From positions 19,964,001 through 20,028,000 of the forward strand of contig OZ287755.1 of assembly GCA_965649765.1 (NCBI GenBank): a stretch of 64,000 bases of DNA, read 5' to 3'. The notes under the pieces were generated by a model. The model searched no databases. It saw nothing but the letters and a program-made list of their open reading frames with translations, and was not told the DNA's origin. A program made the position numbers and the translations under genes. This document shows, in pieces, positions 51,516-61,762 of this stretch (position 1 is its first letter; every line of letters begins with the position of its first letter). This DNA comes from Bispira polyomma (taxonomy: Eukaryota).

Positions 51516-51856
51516 CTGAAACACAAAAATTATATACATTCAATCAGGGGAAAAAAAGACTTTGTTTCCTCGGTACTACCCACCAAGAGCGCTAGATGTA
51601 GAGCCGTCTCAATTGCAGCCCCTAGGTTATGGAATAGTCTCCCTCCCAATTAAGCTCAGATCACTAGGAACATTTTGGTGTTTAGAAGAAAACTTAAACC
51701 TATTTCTTCAAACTAGCTTACCCCCCATAGTTCCCTCCCTGTACACCCTCACACCTTGGCTACGTTTTTTTAACTTGGTTGCTTGATTCTGTTGTTGCGC
51801 TTTAGAAGGTGCCTCGCATTAATAAGGCGTGTTAAAAATGAATAATATTCACACAC

Positions 51857-51943
51857 CGTGGCAGTGAGGTTGATGCCTCCTTTATCTTTCCTCCTGAAAT
51901 AGATGTTTGGTGGAATCTTGTTTAGCCTTTTACCAAACCCTTC
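51857..51943 (-). repeat. Diverged copy of the 3' half of DRG1 exon 5 with its donor, 135 bp downstream
   Basis: Copy of the sequence encoding [29 protein letters not shown], followed by gtgtgt. Confidence 0.93.
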
Positions 51944-51991
51944 AATAACTATCCATTAATAACACATAGTATAAACATAATGTACACATAC

Positions 51992-52161
51992 CGTGGCAGT
52001 GAGGTTGATGCCTCCTTTATCTTTCCTCCTGAAGTAGATGTTAGGTGGAGTTTTGTTTAGCCGTATACCAAACCCTTCCAACTCGTGTTCTATCAGTTTT
52101 TTATGCTGTAAAGGTTTTAACACATCCAGCACCAGGAAGATGATGTTACACGTGCGGGCCA
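51992..52161 (-). CDS. DRG1: DRG1 exon 5: [57 protein letters not shown]
   Basis: Matches DRG1; ttttcag/gtatgt; phase 1 to 0. Confidence 0.97.
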
Positions 52162-52250
52162 CTGAAAAATATATGGGGACACTATATAACATGTGCGGGC
52201 CACTGAAAAAAAAACAGGAAAAAGATGTAACATGTGCAGGCCATTGAAAA
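52148..52250 (-). repeat. 41-bp tandem repeat (3 copies) spanning the DRG1 exon 5 acceptor
   Basis: ttttcag|tggcccgcac at 52161 and 52202; third copy at 52243 has AG changed to AA. Confidence 0.9.
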
Positions 52251-52965
52251 GGAGACACAAGTTGTGTACAGTGATGGGTAAAGCGTTTAGGTTAGTGAAG
52301 ATTAATTTCAAACGTAAAATTACTTCAATATCAGCCCATATTAGGACATACAAAGAAACTGAAATGTATCTCTAAAACGAAAAAATCGTCTGCTCAAATG
52401 TAACTGAAAGTGAGAACTGCAAAATAAGTTTAAAAGTAAAAATGGACTTAAAATGGTAATCATTCATTATTTGATAAAGTGTTAACCTTAAAATAACATT
52501 TAAATTGGTGTATAAATGTTGTCCCAAGGTGTGATATGCGTCATTTACGATATTGATATGTTTGTGTTACACACCGATATCGGCACCCAAAAGCCCAAAC
52601 AATAAATCTTGGCGATATTAAAAAACAATTTACCCACTAGTGGACACTAAAAATAGCAGAATATTCATTACATGATAAAATACATGAATAAAACTAGAAG
52701 GGCACTTCGTAGAGTGCATACGTCCACCAGGGCAGTAAAGACTAAATATTTTTAATTCTACATCAAAATTTATGAATTTTTCCTTTGCGTCAACTAAATT
52801 TTTTTGTTTCAGTAGTTGTTTTTTTTGGAATCCTGGAGACAAACAACCATACGAGGATGCATAATTAACTAAAAATAAAAAACTTTTACCAATAAACAGC
52901 AGAGAGTTACTACATTCTTCTTAATTTCTTTCACTTTTGAAGATCTGAACAGAAGTGTGTTATAC

Positions 52966-53035
52966 CTGTGATGACTTGTTTTCCTCGACCTTTTCCATCT
53001 TTTGCTCCTTCAATGATACCGGGCAGATCTAGCAG
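52966..53035 (-). CDS. DRG1: DRG1 exon 4: [23 protein letters not shown]
   Basis: G3 motif DLPG; phase 0 to 1. Confidence 0.97.
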
Positions 53036-54125
53036 CTTAATACAATCAAAAACTAAAGTAAAACCAGGGTTGTCATATACACGTACACATACATACTCAT
53101 ATATAAATAACTGGATACAGTTAATTAAAATATAACTTTGGAGTTTAAGGTTATTACATTTGTATATGCAGCAACATCTTGGTGTCGCGGTGGCCTGGTT
53201 GGGTTAGAACAGTTAGTCTCTCTTATATTCACTGGAGTCTCAACCATGTGGGCTTGAATACTGTTTGTTCTTCCATGTAGTAAAAGTTTGTCTGGTACTT
53301 GCCATAGGTCGGTTGTTTACAGTGCCTCAGCACTGGTTTTCCTCTACCATTAAATCTGGCCAACGAAATGTGACCTAGGCTATTGAAAGCGTGGTAAAAC
53401 CCAAACTAAATTAAAATGTACATAGCATCAGTAAATGTATTCTAGCCCATTAAAAATTTATTTAAACAAAGTCCAACAGTCAATTGTTAGAATAACTATT
53501 AATTTGAATTATTACAAGTCAGATATTGTGAGATAAAAGTGACCTGGGACAATGCTTATTCAAGTAATTCAACTTTTACTAGTTATTGTTACAAGGAGTC
53601 TACAATATAGAATTATAAATGCTGCCATTGCTTTAAGTGCCACGCTAAACACTAGTCTAACCACACTATCATTGCAGTTATCATCACAGTGAATGTGAGC
53701 TCTTACCCATAAGAACATAGGAGTGTAAAAAGTTTTTAGGAGTCTTGACTTTTTAGCAATGATCAAGTACTGAGGACGCCATATCTAGCGACCTGATCAC
53801 CAATCATGCAATTTTGAAATTTTTCATTGGAATTTTTGGAAGTAAAATACCTACCACTTCCTAACATATCCAATAATTGACTTCACCAGAAGTCAGCTCA
53901 GTCGTAACGCAAAATCATGACACTACATAGGCCGATACCTTAAATTAAGTAGGTCACAATTCACAACCCACAATATAGAAGAGCTGGCAGCTATTGTCTT
54001 AATTACAAAATTTACCGTCATTGAGTAAACACTATTATTATTATAAAACTTAGTAAACATCCTACTTACGCAAAGTGCTGAAGTGTTCCGATACCTTAAG
54101 GCTTCTAATTCTCTTTCTGACCTAC

Positions 54126-54256
54126 CTGTATTTTCGCCCCTTTGTACCTGATGACCCCAGGGACAGTGGTGAGTGTGGTGAACTCATAAGCTGCAACCTC
54201 TGAGTACACGCCAGCTAGATTACTCAGCAGAGTGGACTTACCCACCGAGGGAAAAC
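54126..54256 (-). CDS. DRG1: DRG1 exon 3: [44 protein letters not shown]
   Basis: P-loop and G2 motif, identical to the remembered human DRG1 sequence. Confidence 0.98.
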
Positions 54257-55691
54257 CTGAAACACACATTCTACCTCATATATATATAAAATTTAGTCAG
54301 CAAAGTTGGTAGACCATAGGTCCATGAAAAAGTCACCAGCCCTATCATACAATCAGTTGCTTTTTACCTCGATAGATGGAGAAGGTAAACACAGCACTAG
54401 ACCACACCAGAAATTACTAGTAAATTGCAGTTGGGACTGCATTCAATCACACATTTGATATCGTCAATATTTATTACTTTGTCTTTTGTTTGCCGATATC
54501 AATATGTAAAACAAGCACACCAATATCATAAACGATACACATTTCACATATATATTCGTCAGCAAAGTCAGTAGACTATCGGTCCATGGAAAAAGTTACT
54601 GGACCTATAACACAGTCAATTGCTTTTTACCTCGATAGATGGAGAAGGTTAACACAGCCATAACTTGTGAAAATCTCAAATTCATATATAAAAATGTTTT
54701 ACCCGAAAAAGTTACTTGCAAGTGGGCTTTCGAGTTTTTAAACTTAATAGACCGCACCAGAAGTTACTGGTAAATTATAGTTGGGCCTGCATTTAATCAC
54801 ACACCGGATATCGTCATTATTTAGTGCTTTGGCTTTTGCATGCCGATATCGATATGTAAAACAAACACACCAATATCAAAAATGACACATATATCACCTT
54901 GGGAAAACAATTATGCTACAACTTTATTTATATCTTTAAGTTAATGCCTTTTAAATAATAAACAATAAACCATTTTAAATCCATTTTTTTTAAACTTACA
55001 TAAAACTCACACATAATATAGCATATTTAGCGGTTCTCGGTTATCGTTTCATTCAGGCCGATTTTTTGGTTTTGAAGACACATTGAAGGTTCTTGCTATG
55101 TTCCAATATTGAATTTGTTTTGTCTTTGACATGGATCTCCACTAACCTAAACAATTTACCACTACTATTTATATTATTATATTTTTTTGCAAAATATCTT
55201 TCATGTCTTCTTTTAGTTGTATAACATTTATTAATGTCATGGTTTTCCTGTAATATTCGTCATTTTATAGAATCACGACATATGACAAACATTTTATTAT
55301 TAAATGAGTGTGAGCACTAAAACCTATTTATTTACCTGTCCGATAATAACAGTGATCATTTTTTCGCCTTAATTTCTACTATAAGTATTTTGAAATTTCA
55401 ACAAAATGTGCTCTTTATATTGAATGTGAAACTGCTGTAAATATATCCGTTGCATTTTGATATTCAGTAAAAGCTCTTCGACTGTGAACCCATCCTTCTT
55501 CCTTACAGGCCTATTTGCCACCAGTGTATTTATACAGCACCTCCGAACAGTAAAAACCTTTTTATAGTGAGCACTTTGTTTAGTATTTAATACATGCACG
55601 TTTTACTGTATTTACTGTGTGACAGTTCTTATTGTGAGAAAAATCCTGCTTTTCTATTTTATTTGGACTATAAGCTACAGTAAAAACTCAC

Positions 55692-55860
55692 CTATGAATC
55701 CTATTCGAGCATCTCCAGTCTTGGCCACATCAAAACCTGCTTCTCCTCCACCACCGCCCCCACCTTTGGGTTCAATCAACTCCCGACGAAGCTTTGCCAA
55801 TCTGGCTTTTAACAGACCAAGATGACCACTGGTGGCCTTGTTCTTCTGAGTTCTGGCCAT
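55692..55860 (-). CDS. DRG1: DRG1 exon 2: [56 protein letters not shown]
   Basis: DRG N-terminal region; the RRELI/GDARIGF residues point to DRG1 rather than DRG2. Confidence 0.98.
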
Positions 55861-56550
55861 CTAAACAACAAGATGATGAATGATTAATGAAACGATGTAC
55901 TATTCCTGAGAAACAGAGTGAAAAGGTTATAAAGGGTCAGTCTAATCACTAAAACGAGCGTCCTTTCGGTGCTACCGAAAGGTAATTAAGTTATCAAAAT
56001 GTAATATCTGATTAAACATTCATCATTTTATTTATTGTAACACATTGTTACGGTTTTTGCCGAGTCAGAGGTTAAATATGCTTAGATGGAAGTCTCTATG
56101 TCTCTACGGTCAACGTCTTCATCAATTTACATTAAATGCGCATTTCAATATCTTATTGTTAAATAAAGTAATAAAAGACCAGTATATATATGTCGTAATT
56201 AAACTACGCTATTTTAGGGAATTTCTGTAAATTTAATTTTGCTGTTTATATCTTCTTCTGGTGTCCTTTCGGTGATCATTTCTTTTCGGTGAATACTTAG
56301 TAGACTTGCAAGTTATAAATATGTTATAATATGCGCAAGCAGACATCAACATTTTAAAAGTTTACTTGGTACATCAAGGTCATGTTTGAACTAAAGACAG
56401 GAAAAATATGCATAAATTACTTCCTTCAAAAACGATTAAAAGTACGTAGCCGTTAAAAGTAATGGATGAGTAGCAAATATTGCACAACTACTTCAGACTT
56501 CCAACTATCGCTCAAATTATTTATAAATTTACCAGAACATCACATCTTAC

Positions 56551-56589
56551 CTCATGTTCTATTTCAGCGATCTTATCTAAGATACCCAT
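56551..56589 (-). CDS. DRG1: DRG1 exon 1 coding part: MGILDKIAEIEHE
   Basis: ATG in aaagtcATGG context; GAG|gtaaga donor; KIAEIE motif. Confidence 0.93.
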
Positions 56590-56664
56590 GACTTTGATTT
56601 AATGGAAACTCTGGTCAGGTGTTGGCTAGTAAAAAATATAATTTCACTTTTAAAGTTTTTAAGT

Positions 56665-56700
56665 TTTCGCCGACCCCACACACGTTTACTTCCTGTTTTA
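56665..56700 (-). promoter_or_regulatory. Putative DRG1 proximal promoter with ETS-like CAGGAAGT motif
   Basis: ACAGGAAGTAAACGTGTG about 100 bp upstream of the ATG; no obvious TATA box. Confidence 0.3.
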
Positions 56701-57299
56701 AAAGATCTGGTAGTCACTAAAGCTTGGAAACATTATTCGTCTTTTTTCTTTACGTCGGCCTGATTTTGTTTGTACATGGACTACACGTTTGGCTCACTGA
56801 TGCTGTTGTTGCACTTTACAAGATTAAATGCGCATTTAAAATGTATAATAAATAATTAGATCCTTTCTTTGCTTTGAATTATGCAGATATGTACATAGGA
56901 ACGTAGACACTAATGATTCTATGAGAGATGGTGATACACCAATCGTCATAAACTTATCCAGTGTCCGATTTATCGCAACTGTCCTACGGATGCATTAAAA
57001 TGATTTACACATAATACCGGTCAGGATCACAGTACTGTTCGACGCATATTTCAATGCTCAAGATGTAGATTTCTTGAAATTAAATTAAGTGTACTTAATT
57101 TATAGGAATGAAGTAGCATATGTTTTTAATATTAATTTCCGTCGTTAAAGTCTTTAAAAATGCAATGGACGGTATTATGACCCGACTAGTATTATAAACG
57201 CCTGTGTAGTAATAATCATGGTAATGTTTTTTGCCAACATTCTCCTGTAAAATGAAATGAAATTGTGCTCTGCATTAATTTTGTTGTAGAGTCAAATGG

Positions 57300-58270
57300 G
57301 GCCCTGGCTGGTGAGAATACCTGTTTTTGGTCAGTATGAGCGGTTAATACAAAAGCTGGAATGTGAAGATGTGGCTGCTTCCTGATTTTGTGTGCATGCA
57401 TGGACCCTCCAATGTTTCAGAGTTGGGCACAAAATCGAGAAGAGTGACATCTGGTATAGAAATTTGGTGATCTCATGCTTGTAAGATTTCTATTGCCCTC
57501 TTCCCTAGCAACATAGAAGAGAAGAACTGTACAAACAATAAGCACAGCTAAGGGCTTAAGATTATCCCTTAAGAACTAATACAATTTCCCGATAGGACCA
57601 GTTCCATGACAGCACAGAATGATTTAAAGAAGAGTGTGAGAATTTGATAAAAATTTGCGGGGCTGTACAGTTATCAAGGCTCTTATCAGAGCTGCCCCTA
57701 TCATCTGTACAGCATTTGACAAAACTATGGTGATTTCCAGACAAATCGAGGAAATCCACATTTGAAGTATCATTATTCTTGACCAATTCAGAACTTTTAC
57801 TAAACCCTGACATCGCATAATAAATCCTTACAGATTCAGTAGGGGTTCATACATTTTCGTACTGAAAATTGATGTAAGAACGCTTTTTTAGAAGGTCAAA
57901 AATGACGTAAAGAATGCTTACGAATACCAACATGGTTGCCCTATGAATATATATGATTGAGTAAGGAACAGTCCAGATATGATGATGGAGTCTATTAATT
58001 TCGCAGAGTTTTTTATTGATAAAATGGCCAAGATCAGGTCTGTCATTAGAGCTGCAATTGATTTTATTCAACCACACCTTTCCCACTGCGTTTTTAAGCT
58101 TAATTACTTTCACACTATGTCTGAGAGTGGTGTCCTTAAACTTATTACTTTCTCCCTTCTCAAATCCTGTGACTTAAATCTGATTCCTGCTTCTGTTCTT
58201 TTCAAATGTCGACATTCTTATTTCACCCATCACCAACATAGTATAACTAGCAGTCCTATTTTAACATGCT
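57300..58270 (+). mobile_element. Decayed L2/CR1-clade LINE ORF2 fragment
   Basis: NFAEFFIDKMAKIRS...FHTMSESGVLKLI...KSCDLNLIPASVLFKC matches the CR1/L2 EN-RT linker (FADFFxxKI...KSCxLDPIP). Confidence 0.75.
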
Positions 58271-58860
58271 GAAATAAATCATTTTCAAGAGATAATCTCT
58301 AATCGGATTATTAGTTGTGAAAACCATAATATCTTGTTATAACAAACCCTTAATTATAATGGTATAACAACATAATCATCTTGCTATAACAAGATTGTTT
58401 CATGCTTATCAATTAATTTTAACATTCACACGAAATTACAAATTTAAGCCGTTGGAATGAGATTATTTCATCAAATAAGATAACAAGAGTTGTTTTAAGA
58501 AAAAGAAAACATGGACACTATATACTCCAGTCCGAGGCACCTCTGACACACCTCAGTTTAGCTGTGTAGTATGGGGATTTCACACCAGGGGTCTGTCCCG
58601 ATAAAACAACTCTTTTGTAAGAAGTAGCAGAGTTTGTATAAAATCATAGTGCACACTTATATTACACATTAAATAATGAGGTGGGGAAATCTTCCAATGG
58701 TTGCTATTCACATAGTTGCCTATTCTAAACATAATTTTATGAAGCAAATTGTGTTGGTTAGACTGACTGGCTCACAAGTCTATTTTATCCTTATCCACCA
58801 TGCATGAAGTCATTATGATTCTACTGCGTACGTGAATTGGGCCAGTTTGTGTCAGCACTA

Positions 58861-58897
<37 letters not shown>

Positions 58898-60843
58898 CAA
58901 ACTGCCCTCATATTATGCTTGATACAAAATAACTTAAAGAAAGCCTATCTGTTGGCTGGTCAGTCTTTGCATTACATGAGACAATATGATTGTAAAAAAA
59001 ACTTCTAAGAAAATATTCTAAAAATGGTAATTATGAATACTGTCACAGAATTAGAGTTGATACTTGGCAAATTGTCCACAGAATGCTTGGAGTCACTTAT
59101 TTGTTTAATTTTCCATTTTGTTTTTCAACACAAAAAGTATTTATTATTTGCAGTGAAAATGCAGCCAATTTCCTCATTTTAATGGTTATAAAAAACTATA
59201 AATAATCTACGCTGTATAATATGTGATGTTCAAGTTGCGAGGATATTAGACCATTTTGCTGATTTTAGCAAGTCCCCCGTGTATAGGCTTCTTGCTGTTC
59301 CAAATGAGTGCATTTTAAAGCACGTAGCCTGGAAAACATACCCACCCAATGAAAATTATCGTCGATTATTGGTTACCTAAATATAAGATGTCAAAACTAG
59401 CTAGAGCTGGACTGTCCTTGTCCAGAATAAAATGTAGCTACCTAAAATATTTTTCTTTTCTTGTATTTGTTTCTTACAAGCTCCTATCTACTATCTTCAT
59501 TTACAACTGGAGATATATTTATCTCTGACAGGCAAGTAGTTACAAGCACATGTGGACATTATGGAAAAAAGTTCTATGGACGTCTGGGAGCCAGATTTAT
59601 ACTGATCACCCAGTACCTAAATATTCTGGAAGTGTTCAATTGCCAATCACACGAGTCTCTCACAAATATGGGTTAGAATCATTTTGGAAAGTTTGTCAGG
59701 TACTTGCTGTAGGCTGGTGGTTTATTATCAACAGTTTCTTCTAACATTAAATTGAGTCGTTGTAATATGACATGTCCTGTTGAAAGCAACATAAACCCAA
59801 CGAAACTAAAATATTTGGTCACAGCTCGAGTCACAAGAGGAAATCACTAACTGGACATAGCTTTAATTTACTTCTTTAAAAGACACTAGTTAGAGAAAAA
59901 TTTAATCCTGAATGAATTTCTTTAAAAATTGTAAATTAGTGAAATTTTCTTACAGCTCAAATTTTGCACTTAATTCCACTAGCATATCGATAAATGAAAA
60001 AATAATTAAAAAATACTTAATACACACATAGAGACTTGAATTTGCTCTTGAGACTACAGACTAGGTCGGGGTCAATCTAGGTCAATCGTAAGCTGCTAAC
60101 AAATTATCTTAACCTTATAACGACCTATCTTTTCAATCGGCATCAAAATTGGGAGAAAAAAATTAGCCATTTTAATGTGACTGTAAAGATAAGTCATTAC
60201 CAAGTTCCCGATTGTAAAGATAACCCGTGGGAAGCGGCCGATAAGTCGTTAGGAAGCCCCGACTGTAAAGATAGGCGTCAATTGTAAGCTGTTAAAGAGT
60301 TATCTTAACCTTATAACGACCTATCTTTCCGATCGGCATCTAAATCAGGAGTAAAATTTGCCATTTTGAAAAAGATTAATCGCCCAATCCCTCCCGATAG
60401 GTCGGGAGCACCCTCCAGATTGGTCGGGAGCATTACGAGTTATCATCTACTACTCCTGAGTTATCCTGTTAAATTTTAAGGATAGGTCTTTAGAAATGCC
60501 CAGAGAGTAAAGATAACTCGGGAATGTCATAAAAATAAGTCGTTACCAAGTTCCCGATTGTAAAGATAACTCGGGAGAAGCGGCCGATAAGTCGTTAGGA
60601 AGCCCTGACTGTAAAGATAACTTGGGAGGATTAACGATAGGTCGGGTGGGACAAAAGATAACTCAGAAGTGAAAGTGATGACCGAGGAAACATTGGGGGG
60701 GGGGGGGGGGGGGAGCGGACTGTATAAAAGGAACACAGCACACTCGTTCTTTATCAGAATCATCCCAGCTTTCAAAGAGTCAACATCTGCTTGCAATTTT
60801 TATGTTATATGATAACAACAGGCTTTTATTTTTTATTATAAAG

Positions 60844-61035
60844 ATGAGTGAGACTATGCCAGGAAAAAAGAGCGTTACAAAGAAAAGGAAGGTACAGCCA
60901 AGGCAGAAGGAGGAGAGGGAGTTTGAAGGGAGGTATACAGATGATGAGGAGATTATTCCAGATACACAGCAGTAATCTGAGGTCCCACAAAGGGTTTCAT
61001 CATCCAGGTCTTTTAGGCAAATGCGTCGTCTCCGT
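60844..61035 (+). pseudogene. Probable 5' stub of the Harbinger second (DNA-binding) ORF
   Basis: TATAAAA at ~60723; MSETMPGKKSVTKKRKVQPRQKEEREFE... (NLS-like), convergent with the transposase; no Myb/SANT domain visible. Confidence 0.45.
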
Positions 61036-61762
61036 CGGTACTCAGCATCCACCAGGGCCAGCATAACAATGAAGTGGAATCCCTTGTAGTTGTAGAACTC
61101 ACTCCTCCTTTCTTTGACATCTTATTGCTATGTGTTTGCCGTCTATGGCCCCCAGGGCATTGGGGACTTGCCAGTTGTCTCTGTAAACAGCTGCGACCTT
61201 CTTCCAGTCCTTTGGGGTGGTGGGGCAGCAGAGAAATTCCTCATGGAATTCGTCGATGATTTCCTGGCAAACCTCAAGAACAAACATGGCAATGGTTGAC
61301 CTCCCCAAACAGAATGCGTACTAAAGTGAGGTGTACAACTCCCCAATCGCCAAATATCTTAAAGTTATTGCAATCTTCAGTCCAGGTGAGAGTGCCTTGC
61401 GGTACCAGGTCGTGTTTCTTGCAATCCTGTGGGCAACCCTCCTCTCCAGTTCTTGGAAAAATTCTGGGGTCATCCTCAAAAAGTTCCTATACAACCGTGT
61501 GTCTTGTGCCTCCATCCATGGCAGAAGTGCTGAGTAGTGACCGTGCTTCTCCCTATCCCTAAGTAATGGGTTCACCAAGAGCCTCCTTGGTGATCTGGCT
61601 CTCCTGATCCCGATATTATTAGCCTGATTCTGTGAGAGCAAGAGATTTTATCGTCTTCTTCTTCTTTGACCTTGAAAATGTCTAAGTGCAAGTAGTTGTA
61701 TAAATGCTAAGAAAGCTTGTAGAATTTGGACAATATCTATAATCCTTTAGGGTTTTGTACAT
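61035..61762 (-). pseudogene. Harbinger (HARBI1-like DDE) transposase, N-terminal half
   Basis: YRNFLRMTPEFFQEL...RKALSPGLKIAITLRYLAIG...PNALGAIDGKHIAIR...FYNYKGFH..VMLALVDAEYR; internal stop at 61321-61323, frameshift near 61100, truncated. Confidence 0.92.

Noticed and set aside
55675-55860. DRG1 starting at MARTQKNK as in the ORF track
   Set aside because: That ATG follows a splice acceptor; the conserved N-terminus is in the upstream exon at 56551-56589.
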